The notes: generated by a model not told the origin, from the letters alone. Positions 29,856 through 38,790 are shown, counted from the stretch's first letter. The stretch: 64,000 nt of DNA from an uncultured delta proteobacterium (GCA_963814585.1 CAWFDF010000008.1:352001-416000); one strand, 5' to 3'. Program-made: numbers and translations.

Positions 29856-30656
29856 GTGCTCGGAAAGTTCAAGCGGGAGCTCTCAGCGCTCGGTCTGCCG
29901 GCGGGCTCGACGTCCCCGGCACGCCTCGCGCCGATCACCGATGCGGAAGTCGAGTCGCTGCCCGCGGCGGTGCGGGCGTACCTCCGCTTCATGCGCGTCG
30001 CCGCACGGCCCCGCGACTGGTCCTTCCGGCTTCGCTTCACGGGCCGCTTCCGGCGCTCGCGCGACGATGCATGGATGCGGTGCGAGACGTGGCAGTACAA
30101 CACCTGCGTCCCGCCGGCCCGCGTCTTCCACATCCGGCTGCGCTTCTTCGGCCTCTTGCCCGTGTTGGGCCGCGACACCTACGTCAACGGCCGGGGTCGG
30201 ATGCTCATCCGCCTGCTCGACCGGTTCACGGTGGGCGACGGGACGGGGGAGGCCTACGACATCGGCGAGCTGGTCACCTACCTCAACGACGGCATCCTGC
30301 TCGCCCCGGCCATGCTGCTCGTGCCCGAGGTGCGCTGGTCCGAGGTCGACGCCCGTTCCTTCGACGTCGCGCTCACGGACCACGGCCGCACCGTCAAGGC
30401 GCGGGTCTTCGTGGACGAGCGCGGCGCCCCGATCGACTTCGAGACCACAGACCGCTTCATCGCGGACGCCAAGGATCCGTCCAAGGTCACGCGATGCCGC
30501 TGGACCACCCCCGTGGACGGTTTTCAGGACGTTGGCGACCGGCGGCTGCCCACTCGCGCCAGGGCGGTCTGGCATCGGCCCGAGGGCGAGCTCACCTACG
30601 CCGACTTCACCTTGGACCCGGCGTCAGTGGCCTTCAACATCGCTCCCGGCGCGTGA
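29856..30656 (+). CDS. DUF6544-like hypothetical protein
   Basis: LPAAVRAYLR, GRDTYVNGRG.M, YLND..L.AP, WTTPV. Confidence 0.75.
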   Translation: MLGKFKRELSALGLPAGSTSPARLAPITDAEVESLPAAVRAYLRFMRVAARPRDWSFRLRFTGRFRRSRDDAWMRCETWQYNTCVPPARVFHIRLRFFGLLPVLGRDTYVNGRGRMLIRLLDRFTVGDGTGEAYDIGELVTYLNDGILLAPAMLLVPEVRWSEVDARSFDVALTDHGRTVKARVFVDERGAPIDFETTDRFIADAKDPSKVTRCRWTTPVDGFQDVGDRRLPTRARAVWHRPEGELTYADFTLDPASVAFNIAPGA

Positions 30657-30731
30657 GGGCGATCCCCCGGTGGAGCGGCACCCGCCCGGCGTCCGCGTCA
30701 TGACCCCGGCGAAGTCCAAGGGTGAGGCCAC

Positions 30732-30773
30732 TTGACATACCCATCTCCGCTAGGCATCGTGCTGCTAGGCATC
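30732..30773 (+). promoter_or_regulatory. padR promoter with direct-repeat candidate operator
   Basis: TTGACA at 30732; GCTAGGCATC twice (30749-30758, 30764-30773). Confidence 0.55.
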
Positions 30774-30789
30774 AGCTCGGCGAGGCACG

Positions 30790-31167
30790 ATGGACATCGG
30801 CAAGGACCTGGTCGCGGCCTCCTCCACGCCGCTCATCCTCTCCATCCTGGCGGACGGTGAGACGTACGGCTACGCCATCGTGAAGCGGGTGGGAGAGCTG
30901 TCGGCGGGCTCGCTGCAGTGGACGGAGGGGATGCTCTACCCGCTCCTGCACCGCCTGGAGCGCCAAGGTCACCTCGAGGGGCGCTGGGGCGAGGCCGAGA
31001 GCGGGCGGAAGCGGAGGTACTACCGGATCACCGGTGGGGGCCGCGCCCACCTGGCGGACCAGCGGCGGCAGTGGCAGGCGGTGGACGAGGCGCTTCGAAA
31101 CCTGTGGCGCGGCCTGTCGCAAACCACCGTCCCGGGTCCCATCATGCCGGCGAGCGAGGGAGGCTGA
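30790..31167 (+). CDS. PadR-family transcriptional regulator
   Basis: YGYAIVK, EGMLYPLLHRLE, GRKRRYYRIT. Confidence 0.93.
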   Translation: MDIGKDLVAASSTPLILSILADGETYGYAIVKRVGELSAGSLQWTEGMLYPLLHRLERQGHLEGRWGEAESGRKRRYYRITGGGRAHLADQRRQWQAVDEALRNLWRGLSQTTVPGPIMPASEGG

Positions 31168-31168
31168 G

Positions 31169-32539
31169 GTGACGTCCTCGAGCGGAGCGGGCGAGCTGGA
31201 AGCGCAGATCGCGGAGTGGCGGTCGTACCTGCGCCGCCGCCAGGCGATCCGGGGCGTGGACGTGGCGGAGCTGGAGGACCACCTGCGGGGGCAGCTGGAC
31301 TCGTTGATGGCCGCCGGGCTGGCCGGGGACGAGGCGTTCCTGGTGGCGGTGAAGCGCATGGGCGCCCTCGATGCGCTGTCGCAGGAGTTCGCGCGGGAGC
31401 ACTCCGACCGGCTGTGGAGGCAGCTGCTGGCCACCCCGGGTGCGGCGGAGGAGGACCCGGCGGGGCGGCGGAGGGAGGCGGTGGTGGCGCTCGCCCTGGC
31501 GCTCGCCGCCGCGGCGCTGATCAAGCTCCCGGACCTGTTCGGCCTGTCGCCGCAGGCGCACCCGGCGTTCTACGCCCGGAACGCCAGCCTGGCCGTGTTC
31601 CCGGTGGTGGCCGGGTACTTCGCCTGGAAGCGGAGGCTGGCCGGGCGGACCCTCGGATGGCTGGCGGCTTCGTTCCTGATCTCGGCGCTGGCGATCAACC
31701 TCCCCTCCTTCAGGGCCGGCGGCGACACGGAGCGCCTGGCGGCGCTGCACCTCCCCATGGCGCTCTGGATGGTGGTGGGCGTCGCCTACGTGGGCGGGCG
31801 CTGGTGGGGCAGCGGCCGGAGGATGGACTTCGTCCGCTTCTCGGGCGAGCTGTTCATCTACTTCGTGCTGATCGCGCTCGGCGGCGGGGTGCTGACGCTG
31901 TTCACCATGGGGATCTTCGCCAGCATCGGCGCGGACGCCGGGTGGTTCGTCGAGCGGTGGCTGGTGCCGTGCGGCGCGGCCGGGGCGGTGGTCGTCGCCT
32001 CGTGGCTGGTCGAGGCGAAGCAGGGCGTGATCGAGAACATGGCGCCGGTGCTGGGCCGGCTGTTCACGCCGCTCTTCGCCGCGGTGCTGGTGACCTTCCT
32101 GGTGACCATGGCGTGGACCGGTCGGGGGATCGGCGTCGAGCGCAACGTGCTCATCGCCTTCGACCTCCTGCTGGCGCTGGTGCTCGGGCTGCTCCTCTAC
32201 TCGATCTCGGCGCGCGATGCGGAGGCCCCGGCCGGTGGCTTCGACGGGCTGCTGGTGCTGCTGGTGATCAGCGCCCTGCTGGTCGACGTGCTGGCGCTGG
32301 CCGCCATCGTGGCCCGCATCTCGGACTTCGGCCTCACGCCCAACCGGGTGGCGGCCCTCGGCGAGAACCTGATCCTGCTCGTCAACCTGGGGTGGTCGGC
32401 GTGGCTGTACGGGCGGTTCCTGCGCGGGCGCGGCTCGTTCCGGGCGCTGGAGCGGTGGCAGACGGGCTACCTGCCGGTGTTCGCGGCCTGGGCGGCCGTG
32501 GTGGTCGTCGTCTTCCCGCCCCTGTTCGGCCACCGTTGA
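31169..32539 (+). CDS. Membrane protein with 'permease prefix domain 1'
   Basis: ELEDHLR..L..AGL..DEAFLVAVKRMG, multiple TMs, G.TPNR; usual PadR partner. Confidence 0.85.
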   Translation: MTSSSGAGELEAQIAEWRSYLRRRQAIRGVDVAELEDHLRGQLDSLMAAGLAGDEAFLVAVKRMGALDALSQEFAREHSDRLWRQLLATPGAAEEDPAGRRREAVVALALALAAAALIKLPDLFGLSPQAHPAFYARNASLAVFPVVAGYFAWKRRLAGRTLGWLAASFLISALAINLPSFRAGGDTERLAALHLPMALWMVVGVAYVGGRWWGSGRRMDFVRFSGELFIYFVLIALGGGVLTLFTMGIFASIGADAGWFVERWLVPCGAAGAVVVASWLVEAKQGVIENMAPVLGRLFTPLFAAVLVTFLVTMAWTGRGIGVERNVLIAFDLLLALVLGLLLYSISARDAEAPAGGFDGLLVLLVISALLVDVLALAAIVARISDFGLTPNRVAALGENLILLVNLGWSAWLYGRFLRGRGSFRALERWQTGYLPVFAAWAAVVVVVFPPLFGHR

Positions 32540-32605
32540 GGTGACGCCAGGCCCGGGCGGGGTGATCGACGGCTGACACGGGGCGTGGACGGGCCACCGG
32601 GCCCG

Positions 32606-32655
32606 TCACCCTCCACTCAGCGCCTGGACGATCTGCACCGACTGGCGCGCCGTCA
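32606..32655 (-). repeat. Duplicate of the last 50 nt of the moaD-like gene
   Basis: 49/50 identical to 33291-33340; encodes ..QSVQIVQALSGG*. Confidence 0.92.
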
Positions 32656-33093
32656 CGGCAGGAACCGATCGGCGTGCTCAGGGCCGGGGACGCGGCATCC
32701 CCGGGTGAGGCCGGGCCAGCGGTGGCGGCGCCGCGCCACGGCCCGGTAGGCCGCGTCGCGCAGGGCGCGAGGGACCACCATCAGGCCGTGGAGGAGCGGC
32801 CACGCGCCGTCGAGCCGCCGGGCGATGCGCAGCGCCGCGTCGGAGTGCGAGTGGACCTCCTTCCCCTCGACGAGCAGCAGGCTGTCGACCTGGTCCGGCG
32901 CGAGGGCGCGACCGAGTCCCGTGAGCAACCTCACCCCCGCCTCCGACTGCAGGCTCGCGAACCGGAACCGCCCCTCGCGGTCGTGCTCGATCACGAACCG
33001 CACTGCTGCGTTGCAGAGCCCGCAAGGGCCGTCGAAGAGCACCACCGGCCCGCCAGCGGCTCCCGACCCGGTCGCTCTCCCCTCCACCGTCAC
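32653..33093 (-). CDS. DCC-family thiol-disulfide oxidoreductase
   Basis: LFDGPCGLCN, FASLQS, RDAAYRAVARRR. Confidence 0.9.
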   Translation of the reverse strand: MTVEGRATGSGAAGGPVVLFDGPCGLCNAAVRFVIEHDREGRFRFASLQSEAGVRLLTGLGRALAPDQVDSLLLVEGKEVHSHSDAALRIARRLDGAWPLLHGLMVVPRALRDAAYRAVARRRHRWPGLTRGCRVPGPEHADRFLP

Positions 33094-33161
33094 GCCTTCC
33101 GCAGGAGCTCGACCCCGGCGCTGGAGCTCCTCGTCGCCTTGATGATCACCATGCCGCGCAT
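33090..33161 (-). pseudogene. Collapsed YciI-family remnant, 23 aa
   Basis: MRGMVIIKATRSSSAGVELLRKA* versus intact neighbour MRVMVIVKATRSSEAGV; stop overlaps the DCC start. Confidence 0.8.
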
Positions 33162-33290
33162 CGCCTTCCGCTCCATTCCTTCCGGGTCAAGCGGTCCTTC
33201 GCCTGGCCAGGCCGTCCTCCGACCTGCAGCCCGGCCAGCACCGCCATCGTGGGGGCTGGCGCCACGAGGATCACCTGGTGGCCCGCCGGT

Positions 33291-33548
33291 TCACCCTCCA
33301 CTCAGCGCCTGGACGATCTGCACCGACTGGCCCGCCGTCAGCCGCACCCCGAGATCGTAGACCTGCTCCCGGTCCACGAAGAAGCGGACATGGGGGCGCA
33401 GGCGGTCCTGCTCGTCCACCATGCGGAAGCGGATGCCCGGATGGCGCCGGTCGAGGTCGCGCACCAGCTCGTCGAGCGTCGCCCCCTCGGCCTCCACCTC
33501 CGCCGCCCCCGTGTAGCTCTGCAGCGGGCTGGGGATGAGGACCTTCAT
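33291..33548 (-). CDS. MoaD/ThiS ubiquitin-like protein
   Basis: 85 aa beta-grasp pattern with C-terminal SGG. Confidence 0.92.
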   Translation of the reverse strand: MKVLIPSPLQSYTGAAEVEAEGATLDELVRDLDRRHPGIRFRMVDEQDRLRPHVRFFVDREQVYDLGVRLTAGQSVQIVQALSGG

Positions 33549-34723
33549 CGCGCCGGCCAGCCCGTCTCCACCGCGTAGATCTCGGGGAGGTGCCTCGCCA
33601 CGCAGGAGAATCGCCGCCCCTCGTCGCGGCTCGCCCAGAGCTCACCGCTGGTCGTCCCCACGTAGAGCCCCACCGGCTCGCCGGCGTCGGCGGCCATGGC
33701 CTGGCGCTTCACCGTCCACCAGGCGTCCCGCCCCGGGAGCCCGCCGTCGAGCCGGCGCCAGGACCTCCCGCCGTTGCTGGTCCCGTACGCCGCGGGCCGC
33801 CCCCCGGGGCTGGTGCGGGGCCAGACCGAGGTCCCGTCCATGGGGAAGACCCAGGCCACGTCGGGATCGCGCGGGTGGAGGACCATGGGGAAACCGATGT
33901 CGCCCACCGAGCGGGGCATGGCCTTGCCGATGCGCACCCATTCGGTGCCCGGCCGGTCGAGCCGGTAGATGCCGCAGTGGTTCTGCTGGTAGAGGCGGTC
34001 GGGATTCGCCGGGGACAGGCGCACGCAGTGCGGGTCGTGGAAGGCGATGTTCGAAGGGTCGAAGCCGCCGACGACCTCCATCCCCTGGACCAGGGGTCGC
34101 CAGCTCCGCCCCTCGTCCAGCGACTCGTGAACGCCACCGCTGGACATGCCCAGGTAGAGGTGTGCCGGGTCGCGCGGGTCGACGATGATGGAGTGGAGCT
34201 TTGGCCCGTCCGGCGTCCCATCCTGCGGCCCTCCCATCCACTCCCGGTACTGCGGGTCGTCGTTCAGTCCGGAGACCGGTTCCCAGCTCTCCCCTCCGTC
34301 CCCGGAGCGGAACAGCCCGTGGGGCGAGGTCCCCGCGTACCAGGTCCCCGGCTGGGACGGGTGGCCCGGCGCCAGCCAGAAGGTGTGATCGACGGCCCGC
34401 CCCTTCTCCCCGTCTGCCACCTTCGGGAAGGCCGGAGGGCGCGCCGCCTCCTTCCAGGAGCGCCCCAGGTCGGAGGAGCGGAAGATGGTCGGCCCGAGGT
34501 GACCGGTCCTCGCCGCGGCCAGCAAGGTCCGCCCGTCCCGCGGATCGAGGACGAGGTGGTGGATGGTCTGCCCGAGGAACTGCGGGCCGCTGGAGCGCCA
34601 GGCGCGCCGCGTGGCGTCGGCGCGGAAGATCGACGCGCCCTTCCGCGTGGCGACCAGGACCGCCGGTCCCTTCGACCGGCCACCGCCCTTGCTCCTCCTC
34701 GCGCCCGTCTTCATGGCCGGCAT
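33545..34723 (-). CDS. BNR/Asp-box beta-propeller protein (WD40/YVTN, sialidase-like)
   Basis: Repeated S.D.G.SW boxes; HDPHC and LYQQNHCG motifs. Confidence 0.88.
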   Translation of the reverse strand: MPAMKTGARRSKGGGRSKGPAVLVATRKGASIFRADATRRAWRSSGPQFLGQTIHHLVLDPRDGRTLLAAARTGHLGPTIFRSSDLGRSWKEAARPPAFPKVADGEKGRAVDHTFWLAPGHPSQPGTWYAGTSPHGLFRSGDGGESWEPVSGLNDDPQYREWMGGPQDGTPDGPKLHSIIVDPRDPAHLYLGMSSGGVHESLDEGRSWRPLVQGMEVVGGFDPSNIAFHDPHCVRLSPANPDRLYQQNHCGIYRLDRPGTEWVRIGKAMPRSVGDIGFPMVLHPRDPDVAWVFPMDGTSVWPRTSPGGRPAAYGTSNGGRSWRRLDGGLPGRDAWWTVKRQAMAADAGEPVGLYVGTTSGELWASRDEGRRFSCVARHLPEIYAVETGWPAR

Positions 34724-35157
34724 CAGGGACTCCGCGGGTGCGCGACCTGGGCGCGGAGCCGCTCCTCCTGCGCCCGGAGCTCGGGGGTGAGCGCCTCGCC
34801 GAAGTCGTCGGCCTCGAAGACCTGGCGGAGCTCGATCACCGCCTCCTCCCCGGGCATCGGGTCGGGGCAGCGGCGGATCCACTCGACTGCCTCCTCCATC
34901 GACTTCACCTGCCAGAGCCAGAAGCCGGCCACCTGCTCCTCGACCTGCGCGAAGGGGCCTTCGAGCACGGTCCGCCGCCCGCCCGAGAAGCGGACCCGCC
35001 TGGCCCGGGAGGTGGGGTGGAGCCCCTCCCCGCCCAGCATGATCCCGGCCTTCACCAGCTCCTCGTTGAACTTCCCCATCTCCGCCATCAGCTTCTCGCC
35101 GGGCATCACGCCCGCCTCGGAGCTCCTCGTGGCCTTCACGATCACCATGACGCGCAT
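34723..35157 (-). CDS. YciI-family protein
   Basis: FNEELVKAG, GEGLHP, GPF, AGFWLWQVKS.EEAVEW. Confidence 0.9.
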   Translation of the reverse strand: MRVMVIVKATRSSEAGVMPGEKLMAEMGKFNEELVKAGIMLGGEGLHPTSRARRVRFSGGRRTVLEGPFAQVEEQVAGFWLWQVKSMEEAVEWIRRCPDPMPGEEAVIELRQVFEADDFGEALTPELRAQEERLRAQVAHPRSP

Positions 35158-35213
35158 CGCACTCTCCTCCTCTCGCTCGGACGCCGGGCGGCGCCGGAAG
35201 GGACCTCCCGGAC

Positions 35214-36125
35214 TCAGGGGCCTGGGGCCCCGAGGAAGGCCCGCTCCAGCGCGGCGATGTCGAGCTTCTTCATGGTCAGCATGACCGCGAAGGCCCGGTC
35301 CCGGGCCGCGGCCTCGCCCGTCATCCACCGGAAGATGCCGGTCGGCACCACCTGCCAGGAGAGCCCGAAGCGGTCCTTGAGCCAGCCGCAGGGGCCGTGC
35401 TCCCCGCCGGCGCCCAGGGCCTCCCAGTAGCGATCCAGCGTGGCCTGGTCGTCGCACAGCACCTGCAGCGAGAGCGCCTCGTTGAAGCTGATCCCGTGAG
35501 CCAGGTGGCTGTCCATGGCGACCAGGTCCTGGCCCGCCAGGGAGAAGCGCCCGTGCTTCACCGTCCCCTCCGGCCCCTCCCCGGCCCCGTAGCGCTCCAC
35601 CTCCACGATTCGACCGCCTGGGAAGAGGCCGGTGTAGGCGCGCATGGCCTCCTCGGCGCGTCCGTGCTGGGGGCCGGCGAACATGAGGCACGGCGTGATG
35701 GTCCGCCCGCCGGGCGGGCGGCGCCCGGCCATGACCTGCCACGAGACGCCGAAGCGGTCCTTGACCCACCCGTATCGCTCGCTCCAGGGGTAGGCGTCGA
35801 GCGGCATGAGCGCCTCGCCGCCCTCGGCGAGCGGCTCGAAGAGCCGATCGGCCCCGGCCGGATCGTCGACGTGGACGAAGAAGGAGATGCTCGGGTTGAG
35901 GACGAACAGCGGGCCGCCGTTGAGCAGGGTGAAGTGCTGCCCGGCCAGGTCCACCTCGACGGTGAGGACGCTGCCGCGAGGCCGGCCGCCCGGGTTGTCG
36001 GCCGACTCGGGGTAGCGCGAGGTGGCGGTGACCCTGCTGCCGGGGAAGGTCCGGACGTAGAAGGCGGCGGCCTGCTCGGCCTGGTCGTCGAGCCAGACGC
36101 ACGGCACGATCTCGTGGCTGGTCAT
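35214..36125 (-). CDS. Two-domain VOC / PhnB-like (3-demethylubiquinone-9 methyltransferase family) protein
   Basis: LNGGP, YGWVKDRFGVSWQ and CGWLKDRFGLSWQ, MKKLDIA. Confidence 0.9.
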   Translation of the reverse strand: MTSHEIVPCVWLDDQAEQAAAFYVRTFPGSRVTATSRYPESADNPGGRPRGSVLTVEVDLAGQHFTLLNGGPLFVLNPSISFFVHVDDPAGADRLFEPLAEGGEALMPLDAYPWSERYGWVKDRFGVSWQVMAGRRPPGGRTITPCLMFAGPQHGRAEEAMRAYTGLFPGGRIVEVERYGAGEGPEGTVKHGRFSLAGQDLVAMDSHLAHGISFNEALSLQVLCDDQATLDRYWEALGAGGEHGPCGWLKDRFGLSWQVVPTGIFRWMTGEAAARDRAFAVMLTMKKLDIAALERAFLGAPGP

Positions 36126-36233
36126 GGTGCATGACCCGTAGCGCCGGGCCGGGGCCGGCGCAAGGCTGCACCTGGGGAGCCGCCGGGATCGGCCCCTGCT
36201 GGGGAGTGCCCGCGGTTCGTCCCCATTCCCGCC

Positions 36234-36326
36234 TCACCTTGACGTCGGCTTGCGAGCACTGGCCGAGGCCCGCCCGCCATCCAGCAGGGCGCGCACCCGC
36301 TCGGCGAGCCCTTCGTCGTAGGCCAT
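36234..36326 (-). pseudogene. Truncated TfoX/Sxy-family remnant, 30 aa
   Basis: MAYDEGLAERVRALL, a typical TfoX N-terminus, joined to a short basic tail; RBS GAGAGG. Confidence 0.65.
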
Positions 36327-36597
36327 CTGCCACCTCTCTCGCGCCACAGGGAGCGGCGCGGCGCCTGGAGTCCAGCCGGGACTCGACAGGATCCTGACGT
36401 CGCCCCCGCCCGGCGCCACGCCCCGGCAGGCGGCGACCAGGGAGGGCCGCCGGCGGCCGAGGACGAGTCGGTGGATCGGCCGCAGCGGAGCTCCGGTGCC
36501 CGGCGGCCATCCCGGCCCACCTCGAGGCGGTCTCCAGAGACGCCCGGGTCGTTGCCCGCTAGAGTGCGGCTCGGTGTGGCGACCTTCGGAGACTCCA

Positions 36598-37158
36598 GTG
36601 GCTCCCAGCGATCCGGCCGGACCAGGCAGGCTGGAGCGCTCCCCCAGACGCGTGGTGGTGCTGCTCCTCCTGCTTGCCTGCGTCGGATGTGATCAGGCCA
36701 CGAAGCGCCTGGCGCTCGCGCTGCTGCCCGAGGGGAGGCGCCTGGTCCTCCTCGGCGACGTGGTCCGCCTGGAGCACGCCCGGAACTCGGGCGGGTTCCT
36801 GGGTGCCGGAGCCGGGCTTGGCGAGGGCGCCCGGGGCGCCATCTTCCTCTGGGGGGTCGCCCTCGTGACGCTCGCCGCAGCGGGCGCGGCCCTGTCGAGG
36901 CGTCTCCCTGCCCGACAGGCGCTGGCCTGGGCGCTCGTCGCCGGTGGCGGGACCGGGAACCTGATCGACCGGGTCATGACGGGCGGGTGGGTGATCGACT
37001 TCATGAACGTGGGCATCGGCCCGCTGCGCACCGGCATCTTCAACGTCGCCGACCTGGCCATCATGGGCGGCATCGGCCTGCTCCTGGTGCCGGGAAGCCG
37101 CAGGCCCTGGCAGGCGCCTCCGGCTGGGCCCCCGGGGCCGCCATCCTTCGGGCCCTGA
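36598..37158 (+). CDS. lspA: Lipoprotein signal peptidase II
   Basis: DQATK, NSGGFLG, GNLIDR, VIDF, FNVADLAI; start uncertain. Confidence 0.9.
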   Translation: MAPSDPAGPGRLERSPRRVVVLLLLLACVGCDQATKRLALALLPEGRRLVLLGDVVRLEHARNSGGFLGAGAGLGEGARGAIFLWGVALVTLAAAGAALSRRLPARQALAWALVAGGGTGNLIDRVMTGGWVIDFMNVGIGPLRTGIFNVADLAIMGGIGLLLVPGSRRPWQAPPAGPPGPPSFGP

Positions 37159-37305
37159 ACGCCGCGAGCGTCCACGCCCTGGAGGCGCCCGCCTGGCCGC
37201 TGGCTGCTTCGTGACGCGTGCCGAAGAGTTCTGGTTCATCCCGTCAGGGCGGCCTAGGCTTGCGGGCAGGATCCGCCTCAGTCGACTCCTTCCCGGGAAT
37301 TCTCA

Positions 37306-38040
37306 ATGCGCCACTTGGCCCTCATCCTCGCTTCCTGCCTCCTGCCGGCCGCCGCTTCGGCCGGCGAGCTCCACTTCACGCCCTACTTCTGGATCCCCTC
37401 CATCGACGGAACCATCGGTCAGGGAGGAGGCAACACCGACACCGGTGACCTGGTCACGCTCGACTTCAGCAACGACATGAAGATCGGCGGCGCCATGGTC
37501 AATCTGTCCTGGCGGGACGGGCGGTTCGTGACCTTCGGCGACTGGACCTACGCCAACGTCACCGGCAAGTCGCCCACCCCGAACGGCTGGCTCTACTCGG
37601 GCATCGAGGTGCAGATCAAGGGGAACATCGGCCAGTTCTTCACCGGCTACGAGTTCCTCGACCGCAAGGACCTCCGGCTGGCCGGGTTCACCGGGGCGCG
37701 GCTCTACAGCCTCTACGGCGGCATCACGCTCGAGGCGGGGCCCCCGCCAGGAGGCTGGAGCGGCCAGGAACTGTCCGGCACCACCACCTGGGTGGACGCG
37801 GTGGGGGGGCTGCGGTTCGAGTGGGACCCCTCCGACCACTGGTGGCTCGTCGTCACCGGCGACGCCGGCACCGGCGGCTCCAACCTCTCCTGGCAGGTCC
37901 ACGGGATGGGCGGCTACCGGTTCGGCTGGGGCAGCGTGCTCCTCGGCTGGCGTCATCTGTCCATCGACAAGGGAGAGGATCGGACCGAGCTCCAGCTGAC
38001 CATGAGCGGCCCGGTGATCGGCGTCGACTTCGCCTTCTAG
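37306..38040 (+). CDS. Outer-membrane beta-barrel protein
   Basis: Signal peptide, TPYFW, W.DAVGGLR, C-terminal Phe. Confidence 0.8.
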   Translation: MRHLALILASCLLPAAASAGELHFTPYFWIPSIDGTIGQGGGNTDTGDLVTLDFSNDMKIGGAMVNLSWRDGRFVTFGDWTYANVTGKSPTPNGWLYSGIEVQIKGNIGQFFTGYEFLDRKDLRLAGFTGARLYSLYGGITLEAGPPPGGWSGQELSGTTTWVDAVGGLRFEWDPSDHWWLVVTGDAGTGGSNLSWQVHGMGGYRFGWGSVLLGWRHLSIDKGEDRTELQLTMSGPVIGVDFAF

Positions 38041-38092
38041 GTGGGCCGGTGGCGCGGAGCCATCGGGCCTCGCCGACGAATGCCCCGCCTGC

Positions 38093-38387
38093 TCAGTCGT
38101 GGGGCCCGCGACCGCACTCGAACGTCGGACGGAACTCCCAGCGGCCGGAGCCGCAGCCGAACGAGAGGTCCCGGCGGAACTTGAGCGTGATGGTGGTGGA
38201 CTCGCCCTCGATGACGGTGAAGGGCTCGGCGACGGGCACGATCGCCGTCCACCCTCCGCCCGGCGGCGTGATGGCGACCTTGGTGCCGTCCAGCAGCGTC
38301 ACCTCGACCTTGGTCATCACCACGACGAGCTGATCGTAGGTCCCCTCGGGCAGGAATCCGGCGGGGAGCGTGGCCACCTTCCCGTCC
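38093..38387 (-). repeat. Duplicate of the 3' half of the lipoprotein gene at 42183-42833
   Basis: 38104-38387 appears identical to 42194-42477 (284 bp, offset 4090); the stop codon is at the same position. Confidence 0.95.
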
Positions 38388-38400
38388 GGCTCCGCCCGGG

Positions 38401-38790
38401 GATCAGCCCGGCCTGGTGGCACTCTCCTTCTTCTCGGGCTTCGCCCGTGATGCCTACCGGCTCGCCGACTGGTAGCGGCAGATGAGCGTCCGCGTGGTAG
38501 CCGGCGAACCCCATGGGTCCTGCTGGATCCAGGAGGCGCTCGAGCACGTCGGCGCGGTCGTGGCCGGCGAGGCCGAGATGATCTGGCCGGCGCTGCTCGC
38601 CGATCTCGCGCGCGGACGGGCCGGGCCTGTCGGTCGCGGTCGGCCGGCCTCGATGAGGGAGCTCCCCACCCCGCGCTATGACCTCCTGGAAGGTCGTTCG
38701 TCGTGCCGCGGGTGATGCAGGCGACGCGCGGCTGCCACTCCTGCACCGTCCCCGGCCTCAACCCGCGCTTCCGTTTGCGGCTCGCGGCCA
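38401..38790 (+). pseudogene. B12-binding radical SAM protein fragment
   Basis: LVALSFFSGFA..AYRLADW* (TAG 38473), VVAGEPH, GEAE.IWP, PRYDLL; frameshift to QATRGCHSC with a damaged CxxxCxxC motif. Confidence 0.8.
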
